DNA of 63,819 nucleotides, counting the filler, from Choristocarpus tenellus KU-1152 (taxonomy: Eukaryota > Protista > Phaeophyceae), in assembly GCA_964200185.2 (NCBI GenBank). It is 12 parts of 12 records of this genome, joined end to end, with 100 filler letters (N's around TTAATTAATTAA, not from the genome) between each part and the next. Parts side by side here need not be neighbours in the genome. Positions count along the whole stretch, not along the records: positions 1 to 5,235 come from CAXNAD020011402.1; positions 5,336 to 8,936 come from CAXNAD020019018.1; positions 9,037 to 12,908 come from CAXNAD020017465.1; positions 13,009 to 18,754 come from CAXNAD020009854.1; 8 more parts are not named here. One strand, 5' to 3'. Shown one piece after another: positions 1-13,062 of this stretch. The notes beneath the pieces are model-generated. The model was given only the letters and a program-made list of their open reading frames with translations. It was not told the origin of the DNA and did not search any database. The position numbers and the translations under genes are program-made. Each line of letters starts with the position of its first letter. Position 1 is the first letter of the stretch.

Positions 1-27
1 CTCCCCCCCCCCCAGATACTTTGGGTC
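1..27 (+). mobile_element. MITE family A, right terminus (partial)
   Basis: Poly-C followed by CAGATACTTTGGGTC, the same as the right end of the full copies at 5041-5221 and 53571-53754. Confidence 0.8.
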
Positions 28-1081
28 CGGTGCATTTTTGCCGTGTGAAGATGTTTAGGGGTGTAAGGTTGTCATGATTTCTGATTCAGAAAAAATGGGA
101 AGCAGGACAATTCTAGGACCCCTAGGTAAGATGCAAGCTACAAAGAACATCACTGGGGTCATATTTGATCGTGCTACTGTACCAGGATTGGGATAGAAGA
201 AACGATAGGTTGGCTTAATTTACTGGAAAAAATAACACCACAAACCTTCAGTTGAACACCGCAAGGGTCATAAATAGCTACGACCAACCATCATGTTGTT
301 GTTGTGCTTTATCGATTTAAGTCTTCCAGAACTAACAGTGATAAGTCATACACCAATAGCATCAAGTAAGTGTGAAACGAAGTACAAAGTAATTTCGTTC
401 CTTAGGGGTATACCCTTCATCACGTCCAAATGCCTACTGTGCGTGCATCCACTCAAAACTCTGTGTGGACATCTACTGTGGGGTGTAGATAAAAAGGACG
501 TGGAGCTGGCAAGAGCTGTAACGAACCTTGATAATTTGATACACAGAGTAAATAATTTATCATTCTTAAATCTCCCAAAAGTCTTTGCTTGCTTAGACTC
601 TCTGTTGACACATATATCAGTAACACGTCCATCAAAGGGGAGCAAACGTTTCTTACTTCTAGCACTTGATTTCTAATTGCTTTGTGTCCATACTCATGAG
701 GTACTCGGAGTGTTGCTTCTGCACACACTGAGGGATGGAACACAAAGGTTGACTGGTACTATTATTACCGCCCTTGCCAACAAAGAAGAAGATATAACAT
801 CTGCACCCGCAAGATGTCTAATTACCGCACCCAAACAGATGACCCCATTCCTAAATCCAAAACCCTAAAAATGGTCAGAAAGGCCTCCAATGCAGTATAT
901 TTGAGGTATCATCCACTTGCTTGCTGCCTTGTCTCTCAGAGACCAAAATCGCAGGAAATGTGCCCACCTATGCAACTCGATAAAATTTCGTGTTTCCACC
1001 CCCTGTTGAGCAAAGTATGCCCTGCCCACAGAATTTGGCATTGAACTCTGAGTCTAGCTCCTCTCCCTGTGAAGTAGGATA

Positions 1082-1259
1082 GGCTCAAAGTATCTGTGAG
1101 GGGGTGCCGGCTGTCCATTTGGGGACAATTTTTTCATGTCGCGATTTTTAGGTGATTTGGTTGCATACATCACATGGATACTGTAAATACACTTTTCCTT
1201 ATTTTGGTTCAAATGGACACCTTGGTGTAGACCCCCCCCCCTCCCAGATACTTTGGGCC
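1082..1259 (+). mobile_element. MITE family A, full copy
   Basis: TIRs GGCTCAAAGTATCT...AGATACTTTGGGCC with inner inverted GTCCATTTG/CAAATGGAC; TSD not preserved. Confidence 0.9.
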
Positions 1260-1780
1260 AACCCTAACCAACAGTAATTGCATTTCGAACACTCAACCCA
1301 ATCCGCGAAGAGACAGATTTCACCTTACATCTAACATGTCGACGTAGTTGCAATGCGGCAGCTATCGTCAGAATTAATTCCAGTGAACTCAACCGAACCT
1401 TTTTCCGAAATTGGAACATGGGTTGAGGTGACATATGTTGAGAGTAATCAGACAACTGATCCGAAATAGAACTAAGATTCCACGATCCAGTTTCACGCAC
1501 CGCAACATCCGTCTGTTGAATGTTACATGGTGACACCATTGATACACACGTGTTAGGGCTCCGATACAATTGGAACCTTTCCGATAAGGTTTGTATTGCG
1601 TCGCAACGTGATCTCGATTTAACTCATGCGGTGGTATCAACACACGTCTGTAGATTAGTAAAAAACTCGCGATAACCTCACCTTAGATGGCTTCTGCCAA
1701 CCGACAGAACATACCAAATTTCTATTTTGATGTATGTTCCAAAATTACCATATTCGTTTCAAACTGGTGCATTCATGCTT

Positions 1781-2238
1781 TCACTCTCGCGGTTCCACAT
1801 TATGTTTTCCTGCTCATTGTTCTTGTTCCAAAACGGTACAACCCACCCCCAAACGTTTTGCCGAGCTTTGGAAATTGATTGCCTTTACCGTCCGACATTA
1901 CACATCAAATTTCTTCATTACTGTCTGGCCTATGTCAGACACAAACCTGTGCATGGTTGCCCTCCTCACATCTAACCCAGGTCGGCGCGTAAATCCTTTT
2001 CATCTTCATCTTTCACTTTCGCGGGTCAACGTAATGTTTTCTTGCTTAGGGCTCTTGTTCCAAATCGGTACACACCACCCCCAGCCGTCTTACCATGCTT
2101 TGGAAATTGATCGTCTTTACGATCCGACATAAAACATCAAATTTCTTCATTACTGTCTGCCCTATGTCAAACACAAACCTGTGCTTGGTTGCCCTCCTGA
2201 TATCTAACCTGGGTCGGCACGTAAATCCTTTTCATCTT
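1781..2238. repeat. Degenerate tandem duplication, 2 x about 230 bp
   Basis: 1781-2007 and 2012-2238 align, e.g. CTTTGGAAATTGAT...ACATCAAATTTCTTCATTACTGTCTG...GTAAATCCTTTTCATCTT in both. Confidence 0.85.
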
Positions 2239-2580
2239 TGCGTACGGTATTGGTGCGTTCTCATATTCATTATTCCTTCCATGTCGGTGGGACTTATTGT
2301 TTGCCGCATGTTCACAAATAGCAGTCTCCACGGAAAGCGCTAAGCCGTCCTCATGACGACAACAGCGCTTCGCCCTTATCATCTCACGTTTTCCTAGCCC
2401 ATGCATGGACACGAACCTCGCACTCCCTACAGATCCCGTTATCATTGACCACATACTCTATCACTGTTTATTCAACAACACCCTTGCTGTTATCGCCTAA
2501 CAATAGTATCCGCCCCAGTGTCGATATCCTTCTCGTTTGCTGATATTGTTGTCATAAAATATCCCCCCCTACCTTTACAG

Positions 2581-5034
2581 GCAGTCGACCGGAGACCCAA
2601 AGAAACCTGAAGAGGAAAAGACGACAGAGTTGAGACCCGAAGTATTTGTGAGGGGGAGGGGGGGTCTACACAAGGTTGTCCATTTGAGGCAAGATCAGGA
2701 AAAGTGCATTTAAATTATCCATCTGACGCATGCAACCAAATCACCCAAAAATCGCGATATGAAAGAATGGACCCCAAATGGACAGACACCTCTCCTCTCA
2801 GATACGTTCAACCTTGATCATGTCAAACCTCAGCGCGACCCGTACGATCGACCTGGCCACATCTGCTTTCTTGTCCCAGAGGTACAATGCCTATCTCCTT
2901 GATAAGGATAGGGTAGAGTCCATGTTTTCAAAGCTGGGGCCGGACCCACACGTTGCCGCCAATAAGCTCGCAGGGATCCTGAGTGGACAGTCTTTCTCTT
3001 TGTGCTCGAGATGGGAAACCATCAATAAGTTCAAGGCCGACATGCGAAGGGCAAAGGTATCCTCTGATGTGTCCGACGGTGAACTGCTCACGCACCACAT
3101 TGCCAACGGCAACCTGAGCATAGATGAGGATGGCGACGCTAGGGATCCGGACAACGACGATAAGTCTTGTTTTGTCTGAATGGACAACATAGAATATTGC
3201 TCCTGAGGGTAATCGAGTGCGTGGAGAAGGAGGATAATATCCCATGTGGCATCAACCTCCCAGTCCACGTCACAGCACAATTGGCCTCAGACGTAGGAGC
3301 GAACGTCCAGATAGGCAAGCACAGGAGATTCATGTGGAAGATATATCCACTCGACCAAATTCCACTGCCGCCCAGGCCGCGGAAGAATGGGCATCACAGC
3401 CGTGGAAAATCAAAAGGTCATACTTAAGGAGAATGCACACCAAGGTTGTCCTCATCAAAAAGGCTGTCCTGGAGGTCGCCATGCAGGTCATGAACGACCT
3501 CAAGAGGAAAGACGAGCTCAGGATCGGCCCCGACGCCAAGGAGTCCTCAGCCGGGTCTTCAGAAGAGCCTGTTCCAAAGAAACAATACACCCTGAGCAAA
3601 GAGGTACTCAAGAGAGTGTCAGGTTCGTCCTCTCATCTGTCCACAGTATTTGAGTTCGTAACAAGTCAGCTCACAATAAACACCCTGATATCGCACATTA
3701 ATTTAAACCCATAAAATCCACAAGAAAAAAGGGATCTCGTGTTGTGGGAGGATGTGAAGGAGGGTACATTCTACCTGGACATCGTCAAATACTCAGAGGG
3801 CGTTACCTTGAACACCAGTGGCGAACATGCCGGCAAGTAGTTACATCATTGTACAATATCGCCATACGTGAACATCAAACATCGTTCCCTACACCAAACA
3901 CACCGCCTCGACCCTCAGAGATCTTACCGACATTGGACAGTTTCACAATGTACACAGACACAGGGTTCTCGAGTTTTATATGTTGCGAAGATGCTCGTCA
4001 AACAGATATATTCATACTTACGCTGTGTTGATATCGACACAACCCAGCGAAGGGTGGGAAATTATGTCGTGGTTCATGTCCTATAGTCCTATACGCATCT
4101 TCTTAACCCAATGTTACAAGCCCTACTTGTCTTCCTGATCTATGGGCTAAAAGAATCCGCCCAAGTACGACAAACCGCACGTACTCCTTTCCTTCCATAT
4201 TTTCCTCAGCCTTTGCTTCCTCGTCTATATCCTCCTTCGCTTACTCCTTTCACCAAACTTGCCTCCTCCCTTGCCTCCTAATCCTAACCCTTCTTCCCGT
4301 TGTTTTGCCTCCTACTTCGCCTCGTCCTTTGCCTACTCCTTCACTATTACAGAGATAACATGAGTCACAAACATTGTCATCACGCCAGAGAAAAACGCCA
4401 CGTCCGAGCACGACCTTGACAGGTTCAAGTCCGAAACGAGCGCCGCCCACGAGAGAGCAGTCGCCCTTCTCCAGACCCGACCAGGAGGCATCGTAACCAC
4501 ATGCACCACCCTCGGGGACAACCACGATCCGGATCGTATCCAACTCCTGATCAACGAACTCTCCACCCTCTGCAATTTTGCGCTGGTGAAGACACCGATA
4601 GCTGGTGGCGTATCCACGCCTATACCTTGAGGAGGACCCGACCCATTAGGTGATAAAAAGGAACAGGAGATGATCCATCGCCTAACCCTACCGTAGGTGC
4701 GAGAAGCGATTCACTACATGGGGGAAAGCATCCAACCACACCCTCGGAACATGACTCTGAAGGTGATAGGGGCCAGTCCAATTGTAACGCTTTGTCATGT
4801 CCAGAGGAAGATGTCCAGGAGAACGTGGGGCGGCGGCTAGGCACGTACTCAGAGTCCATGCCTGTCAGGAGTGACCACGGAATGTCCCCAAACGTCCATG
4901 CAGTGGGTAGCAGCGGCGACAAGTCCATCGATGCTGACCCAACAGGTCGAGGGAACAGGAATGACAATACTGTGGAGCAAAGTGTGAACTACGCCCATGC
5001 CGACTCAACAACACAAAGGGTTGATTTGACATAA
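2581..5034 (+). pseudogene. Disrupted multi-exon gene of unknown family containing an NGQHR (ParB/DGQHR-like) motif
   Basis: Acceptor TTTACAG ends at 2580. The frame QSTGDPKKPEEEKTTEL continues as IMSNLSATRTIDL after removing the MITE at 2634-2813 plus one TTGA. Frameshift near 3165 into CLNGQHRILLLRVIE; further exon-like segments to 5034 carry stops. Confidence 0.5.
2634..2813 (-). mobile_element. MITE family A, full copy inserted in a coding exon
   Basis: Reverse-orientation copy flanked by TTGA at 2630-2633 and 2814-2817. Confidence 0.85.
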
Positions 5035-5040
5035 TCAAGT

Positions 5041-5221
5041 GGCTCAAAGTAGCTGGGAGGGGGGTTTGGCTGTCCATTTGGGGTCCATTTTTTCATATCG
5101 TGATTTTTGGTTCATTTGGTTGCCATACGTCGGATGCGTAATGCAAATGCACTTTTCCCGATTTTGGTCCAAATGGACACCCTCGTGTAGACCCCCCCCA
5201 CCCCCCCAGATACCTTGGGTC
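5041..5221 (+). mobile_element. MITE family A, full copy
   Basis: GGCTCAAAGTA...TACCTTGGGTC; 3-bp direct flank AGT/AGT. Confidence 0.9.
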
Positions 5222-5235
5222 AGTTACTCACATAG

Positions 5236-5335
5236 NNNNNNNNNNNNNNNNNNNNNNNNNNNNNNNNNNNNNNNNNNNNTTAATTAATTAANNNNNNNNN
5301 NNNNNNNNNNNNNNNNNNNNNNNNNNNNNNNNNNN
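5236..5335. other. Artificial contig linker N-TTAATTAATTAA-N (11 such linkers in the window)
   Basis: The same all-frame-stop spacer recurs at about 5280, 8981, 12953, 18799, 23111, 30491, 33532, 41770, 48014, 52160 and 61136. Confidence 0.98.
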
Positions 5336-5521
5336 ATGGAGCTTTTCATTGAGGATGGGCTTGACCCAAAATTGACTGGGATAAAGTGTCGATATATAAA
5401 ATTGACTGGGATAAAGTGTCGATATATATTTTTTTGTATCAAGATACAATATCCCAGTCAATTTTGGGTCAAGCCCATCCTCAATGAAAAGCTCCATCCT
5501 CAATTTTTGAAATCGGCTGTT
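5336..5521. mobile_element. Foldback MITE family C
   Basis: Arm ATGGAGCTTTTCATTGAGGATGGGCTTGACCCAAAATTGACTGGGATA and its reverse complement at about 5450-5497; related ends at 13009-13062 and 30660-30723. Confidence 0.8.
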
Positions 5522-5992
5522 TTAGGCAGGGTGGTGGACTGGGCAAGACGGACCAGAGAGGACGAGGTATAGGCTGGACAAGTGCAAGACTGCTTGGACT
5601 TGCAGAAAACTGTGGAGTGATGAGAATGTTATAATAGGGGGACCATCGCAAAGTCAAGACAAGACGACAAGAGAATCTTTGATGTGTGACATCCCTGGTT
5701 GAAGAGATGCCCACTACTTGTGGGATTGTTCTCTTGAAAGATTCCACACCTCATATATTCGTAAGACCCTCCGCTGGAATCGGGGATTCCTGATAAGGAA
5801 GCCTCAATCGGTATAACGATATATGACATACAGCAATAACGGTATGACAACAGACAAACCTGCTTCCACATAAGATATTTTCGGTATGATGTGGAAAACT
5901 TCCAAATAATAGAGAAATCAACTCACCCAGGTCATCCTTGGCACTACATCCATAGAAATATGTGTGAATTGCAAAATACTGAAAAAGTGGCT

Positions 5993-6250
5993 GAGCCAAA
6001 GTATCTTAGAGGGTAGGGTAGCGTCCATTTGGGTTCAAAATCCAATGTTGAGATTTTGATGTAATTTTGGCTATGGTGATTGTTAGGAAGTGTCAGTATC
6101 CTTGTTCCGGATGCACCTTTTCGTAACATATATATTTTACCTACTCCAAAACATTTTGGAGTAGGAAAATGTCATAAAAAACGCCGAGGGAAGCCAAGCC
6201 CCAAATGGAAAAACAGGGCAAAACTCGTACCCTCTAAGATACTTTCACTC
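5993..6250 (+). mobile_element. MITE family B (Sola-like termini), full copy
   Basis: GAGCCAAAGTATCTTAGAGGGTA...TACCCTCTAAGATACTTTCACTC; flanks share only GCT. Confidence 0.9.
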
Positions 6251-7194
6251 GCTTATAATGCAAAACGACCTAAGACTGGGTACCTCTCGCTTACTTTGAC
6301 TCTTTCTTGTACATGTATGAGATTCAGGGGATTCAGGGGAGCTTGAGAGGGGTAGTAATCAAGGGATTCAGGTTGAGAAATTAGTTATACATGATAGGTG
6401 ATGATAACCTCCTGGTTTTGGTGGTGGTTGAGGTAAACTGTACGTACCCAGAGCCTCTAATGTTATGAGTGGGTTTGTCAGGGGCAACTGACCTGATGCA
6501 ATAATCTCTATAACCTCAATCACGAGCTCCTCTGCATCACATTATACAAATTTGTACACGCTCTTCAGACCTTTCCTTGACCCAAAGGTAGACTTGAAGA
6601 TGGGGCTACCATTCCCCCCACAGACCACTGTCACCAATGGAAACCTGACAACTCGAGATGTTCTATACTACTGGAGAAAAGGTCAGACTCAATCACTGAC
6701 ACCAGAAGTAGACAACAATCTTCATGACTGAGACATCTATCTTCGATTGTTCTACTCCGCCTTCTTCAAAATAGGAAACCTGCAAAGGTCAGTTTCTGAT
6801 TGTGGGCCAAAAATTGGAGATGGCACAAGGCTATTTTGCTGGTCCTCTCTTTGTTGTTCTTCGTGGATATTGGCATTCAGAAGACCCTTTCCCGCCAAAG
6901 ACTCCACCACTTGCCACCAATTGGAGTGTAGTTTGGTAACACCACTGTCCATGGCCACCTCGGAATCTCTCATGATGAATTGCAGTCAAAACAACTGGTT
7001 GTGATGAGCAAGAAGTGAACACTCTTGGGTGATGTCAAGTCACACAATGCCCACACACAGATGAATGAGGATCATCCACCACTAGGTCCAGATCTCAACA
7101 CTGACGTGTGGGCTAGATAGAAGGGACAGAGTTCCGAAAAAGGAAGGGATTGAGGGGGACCTCAAACAAATGAAAGGATGTTCAACTGACAAAT

Positions 7195-7449
7195 GACAAT
7201 GTATCTTAGAGGGTAGAGCCACGTCCATTTAAGGTCCAAAATCCAATGTTGCGATTTTGATGTAATTTTGGCTATCGTGTTTGTTAGGAAGTGTCATTAT
7301 TCTTGTTCCGGACACACCTTTTCATAACATACACATTGTACTTGTTCTGAAATATTTTGGAGCAGGAAAATGTCATTAAAAACCCGTGGGAAGCCAAGCC
7401 CCGAACGTACAAACAGGAAAAATTCGTACCCTCTAAGATACTTTCACTC
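7195..7449 (+). mobile_element. MITE family B, full copy with a degenerate left end
   Basis: Same body as 5993-6250; AAAT flanks both ends. Confidence 0.88.
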
Positions 7450-7515
7450 AAATAGTGGAACTGAACAGGAGTCAGACGCTCAAAACCAATTGTCTCATGA
7501 ACCCTGTTCTACTTC

Positions 7516-7516
<1 letters not shown>

Positions 7517-7547
<31 letters not shown>

Positions 7548-7580
7548 ATAGCAATAGTAGTTGTGGTGGTGGTGGTAGTA
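7517..7580. repeat. (AGT)n/(GGT)n microsatellite
   Basis: Direct reading. Confidence 0.9.
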
Positions 7581-8157
7581 ATATATATTGTTTCTTTTCA
7601 TCTGTTGTCATACTGTACAGGATATACCTGTGAAAACTTACATCAAGTCCGATTTCCTCCCAACCCCTTTGAATACTCACCATGAGATATCCTTTGATGG
7701 TCAGGAGTGGTTTTTCACTTGAATAAACCAAGCACCATTACTAAACACTTGGTAGTGTTCAGTATATATGAATTGTGATATAGGGTGACTTCCTTCCTTC
7801 TATCGACTTTCAGTGAAATCTATCAAATTTGCAATGTGAAACATCCAACCCCATCATCCATTCCTACAGCTAGTGCTGATGTCTCATCTCAAGCCACAAA
7901 AATATAAAAACTTAAGGGTGGCTAACACAACACTTTCACCACAACAGAGTTCACAACAGGCAATGCCTGCAATTAACAGAAAAAGCACACTTCAGTTCTG
8001 AGAGCTAGCTCATGCTGGACAATACGTTTCACATTGCAAGCACTCATCCCACCATCTCCTCCTGTGATACACTCAGCATATTTCATTCTCGATATTCTAC
8101 TCCTCAACCTATCATAACCTCAAAGGCATTGACAATGCTCCCAACCAACCCAACCAC

Positions 8158-8532
<375 letters not shown>

Positions 8533-9099
8533 TCATTACATGTCCACATCTGTTACAGAAGCTCGTTTATCAAGTCATGTCGACGGTCTAGTGGTTGATG
8601 GACATTTACCTCGCCTTCATCATTGTTGACATTGCAAACTAAAATCCCATCATTTCTCATGTGTCCGATACTCACTCCAAGAGTGGTTACTGTTCTATAT
8701 TCAAATGGAGTCATCAAAATGGGTTACTTTCCAGATCGTCCTTTCAGCAGTTTCCTTTTTAATCTGTGGGGGGGTAGTTCTATTGCACTATCAAAATATG
8801 ACTCCTTGTCGTCTGCCCATCTCGGTCAAAAGAATGTCACCAACATACACAAATATCACCATCTCCCAACCCCCCCCCCACCCCCCCCCCAAAAAAGTAA
8901 AGGAGAGTGAAACCTTGGTATTCCCAATGTTACCACNNNNNNNNNNNNNNNNNNNNNNNNNNNNNNNNNNNNNNNNNNNNTTAATTAATTAANNNNNNNN
9001 NNNNNNNNNNNNNNNNNNNNNNNNNNNNNNNNNNNNGTGTATCATATCAACAAGAAACAAATGAGTAGCCTATGTTTTAACAGGATACTGCAAGTTCCC

Positions 9100-9162
9100 T
9101 CCTCCTGGTCAGGGCCCAAATGGACACCCTAGTGTAGACCCCCCCCCCAGATACTTTGAGCC
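9100..9162 (+). mobile_element. MITE family A, right half
   Basis: CCCAAATGGACACCCTAGTGTAGAC-polyC-AGATACTTTGAGCC. Confidence 0.8.
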
Positions 9163-10264
9163 TGCAACGATCAGGGAGACTCGTGATGCGAAGAGACATC
9201 AATTGGGAGTCTATGTGGGATAGTAATATGTATGATGGCACCCGACATCAATCTTCAGGGTTCCTGCTGTGGAAGGGGGAAGGAATTTTACCGGTGACAA
9301 CTAGCGAGGAAATGAAACCTGAGGGTTCTAGTGATGAAGAACCTGGAATATTTTTGGAGGGTGTGGTGGAAGTAATTAGTGTGGAGGAGGATTTGCGGTT
9401 AGGTACTACTGAAGAAGTACACTTGAGGTCTGGGTCAAGAGGTTGTGAACTGATAGATGAGAACTGCGTTACGTCATCTCTGCAGCAGGGGAGTGGGAGG
9501 CTTGAACCTAGCATGCTGTATCAGCTCCGCGAGTATAACGTGGGACTGTCACTAACTCCTTGGGCACTGTGGAGAACGACTAGTCGAACGGCCTACGTGG
9601 TAAGACACAAGGTGGAAGAGGTGATTGGCGACGAATTGGGACTGGGGGGACCAGGGGATATTGTGGGTAGTGAGTTGCCTCCTGCCCCTACGACTGTGAA
9701 GTAAACTCTTGAGTCTCGGGAGTCCAAGGAGTGGGTCGAGGCTCCATAGGCTAAGATGGATTAATCACTAATGAAACATGGGTGCAGGATCCTTGTCCAA
9801 CTCAGGCGAATGTCCTACAGATGAAATGTTGAAACGTGATTTTGTATGAGAATGTGTTGTTGTGATGTGTCTGGCTTGTGACGAAGAAGATCATAACGCA
9901 ACAAAGCACTGATGAATTTGTCTTGGTAGGTCTGATGACATGCTGTTCTCAGTCAGACAGTGTTCGATGTGAAGGTATGTTTGATTGTGCTATGATTAAC
10001 ACGTTTAGAGGCAAGTGTGTGTCATAGTGCAACAAGACACCTGCGGGTTTGTCTGGTGCGTCTGAAGGGATGTCTTACTCAATCAGACTTTGGTTGGAGT
10101 GAAATGTGTACTGGTACGTCTGTGGCATGTTTTACTACTCAGAGCAGACTGTGATTGATAGAACTGTGTGATCATTCATTGAGATGCTCAAATGAAGAAA
10201 TTCATCCTCTGTGAAGAGGGGTGTCACCTTGGCAAAGGAGGGTTTCGAAGGATGGTTTTAACTC

Positions 10265-10602
10265 TGTTTATATTGCATCCTGGCGTGTGTCATATACGTG
10301 TTGAAGAGTGATGGGATGTCTTATTGAGGGGACAATGCCAGTGAAGTAAAAGATAAGAATCAATACATACTATGCAACTCATGAATTGTGTGAAAAAGAA
10401 GTAACATAGGAAGAAAGAAGAAACCAAGCTTGGATCCGTATCTAACGAACTACTGCCACACATCTTCTGTGTGAGTTGTGATGATGAGCTAATGCTGTAA
10501 ATGGGAATAGCGACCATTGCAATGGACAAACCAATGTTCAGTATGGACTGACGATGCTGTATCGTATCAAAGCAAATCGAATGAGTAGCCTATGTTTTAA
10601 CA
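10265..10602. mobile_element. Probable LTR of a repeated family
   Basis: TG...CA bounded; its 3' end ATGA(G/A)TAGCCTATGTTTTAACA recurs at 9037-9082 and 42117-42162. Confidence 0.55.
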
Positions 10603-10619
10603 CGAAATACATTTTTTCG

Positions 10620-11540
10620 AGGAAGGTAAATTTAGTTGGACTAATGGACCGCTGGAAAGCAAGACTGGTGGTACAAGGGTTCCGACAACAGCCTGGTATT
10701 GACTGACATGAAAAGTTCGCACCGACAGCTCAAATGTCAAGCCTGCGTACGATCCTCGCACTGACTGTTTGGGGTAGGACCTAAACATGGCAGACGCAGT
10801 GAGGGCTTTCATCAATGCAAACCTGGATGAAGACCTGTATGTAGAGCCATCAGAGGGAGTGGTGACTGAATTCGATGGGGTGGTTGGGAAGCTATAAAAA
10901 TCATTTCATAGGATTGCCCAAGCATAATGTAATTGGAATGCCCTGCTTGTGGCATCATTACTGGAGCTGGGACTGGAGCAAAGTGAGACTGATCTTTGTT
11001 TGTTTTAGTGGGTGTTGGATAGGGAACTGGTACTAATAACGCTCATCCATGTCGATGATATGCTTATGGCCAGCAAGGGGTCTATGTATGCCATAGATGT
11101 AGTTCAAGGATTAAACAAGAAATTCCTGTGGAGTACCTTGGGGAGAAGGGACAGTTTCCATAGACCAACAGGTAAATGTTGAAAGCTTGGCGGCCAAATG
11201 TGGATAACGAGTAGCTGCGACCTTCCTGCTGCTACTACTAAAACCTTGTTGAGGAGGGACCAATTGGAGATGGTTGTCGTGCAATGGTTGGGAGTCTGAT
11301 GCGGGCATCAATCATGACCGGGTCAGATGTAGCATCAGCTGTAAGGAGCCTAGCAACGAAGTGCGTGAATGCCCCATAGTTACGGATTGAAAAGGGGCAG
11401 AAAGAGTGATTGTTTATTTGCTGAAGGATACGTAGGAGGGGCTTGACCTTTGGTGATTCCAGTTTTTATGGTGATGCACCCTAGAGACCAACTCATTGGC
11501 TATGCTGATGCAGACTACGCCAAATGTGAGGAGTCAAGTC
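10620..11540 (+). mobile_element. Decayed Ty1/copia reverse transcriptase and start of RNase H
   Basis: Translated fragments KARLVVQGFRQQPGID, AFINANLDEDLY, WNALLVASLLELGLEQSETDLCLF, LIHVDDMLMA, IGYADADYA, with stops and frameshifts. Confidence 0.9.
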
Positions 11541-11544
11541 AGCT

Positions 11545-12380
11545 TTGCTTTCCGGAGATAGTACGAAACATCGTTTATGCTGCATTCTTGGTGATTGTTT
11601 CTAATGTTGCAAACTCGTCAGCTACTTGAGAGTATGACGGTGGAGGGATCGAGAACACTGACGAGGCTTCTCCTTTTGTCACAACCCCGATGTGCTACCA
11701 CCTCCCATAAACCCATTGTCATTCTCATCACACCCGAGCTTTCATTGTCTGACTGGTGCAAGGATTCCTCGAGGAGCTGGTCTTTCATGTTCTATAGTAT
11801 CGCATTAGCCACTTCATCGTTGTCTTCCACACCCATCCACGCTCTCGCTGCCCCGATGGAAGCCTGAGACAGTTTTCCGCTGGGTCTGAGGTGCAGAGTG
11901 TCAAGAACATCGGAGAGATGCTCATCAATATATAGGGACACCCTATAGAACGTACCTCTACGAGCAAAATGGCCACCCGTAATACTACAGTACACAGTAC
12001 AGACACACAGTACGACAGAAACGAGTGCAAAATTTCAAAAAATTCAATCATGATCCTCATCAGCAGACAGTGCAGAAAGACAATTCAATCAAACATCACA
12101 ATCAACCTACTTCCAGACTTTCTATCCACATGCTGACGCACCTCGACATGTTTGGCACCCCTTGCAGACTTGGGAGTCTGACTTCAGCATCTGCGCTTTC
12201 TCCGTGATGGTTGTTGCCTCCTTCTTCAACTTGTAGAGGGTGTTGTGACTGATTCCTTTTGAGCAACCACAGTTCCAGTCATGGTCTTCAGGAGTGTCAA
12301 CGCTTCCACCTTCTCTGCAAAGCTCAATCGCTTACAATTGTCGGCACTGCGTGTCTTGTAGGCTGTGTCTTTCTCCATAG
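11545..12380 (-). mobile_element. Internally deleted pogo/CENP-B-like transposase remnant
   Basis: N-terminal MEKDTAYKTRSADNCKRLSFAEKVEALTLLK resembles the psq-type HTH of pogo/Tigger; acidic C-terminal fragment AWMGVEDNDEV. Confidence 0.5.
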
Positions 12381-13008
12381 ATATATTTGGTAGATTCTAG
12401 ATATATATATTCTTGCCCTTGTTCTTGTTATCGTGGCGCTTTGACGCTGTGTTGTCACCGGCTGGAGGACTCGAAGCCTTGCGATTGGTGTAGCTCACGC
12501 ACAATTACACATGTGTTTCATTTCGCTGGTGCCAACGGATCCATGACGCTGCAAATGCTATGAAGATTGCCGCTACAAAATCGACACTTACGACATGTAT
12601 ATAGTTGCAGACCAAGAGTATTACCCTGTATAATGCAGCTGGATCCCGCGGTGCAGGGCATCGTTATATCCGCACGGTGTAGTCAACTAAACTTGATGTT
12701 ATATACTGTATGCACTGTACTATACAGTACTGAGAGACAAAATACCTCTATGCTGTGTACTGCTAGTCTCGAGCAACTTTGTACGTTTTATTTTGCTTAG
12801 CTTTAGACATTGCTTTTTGCGAAACCCCTTGGTCAAGTACAGTACCTACCCCGATTTTGTGCACCCATGGGCATGCCCGAAAAAAGCGGCACAGAATTGA
12901 TGTGGTACNNNNNNNNNNNNNNNNNNNNNNNNNNNNNNNNNNNNNNNNNNNNTTAATTAATTAANNNNNNNNNNNNNNNNNNNNNNNNNNNNNNNNNNNN
13001 NNNNNNNN

Positions 13009-13062
13009 GTCAAACCCATCCTCCATAGTATGCTCCATCCTCAATTTTGCTGAGAGGCCGTT
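13009..13062. mobile_element. MITE family C terminus at contig start
   Basis: GTCAAACCCATCCTCCATAGTATGCTCCATCCTCAATTTTG matches 5469-5510 and 30670-30710. Confidence 0.75.

Noticed and set aside
1264-1700. piggyBac Cys-rich C-terminus
   Set aside because: The Cys/His spacing is too degenerate and no DDD core or TTAA ends were found.
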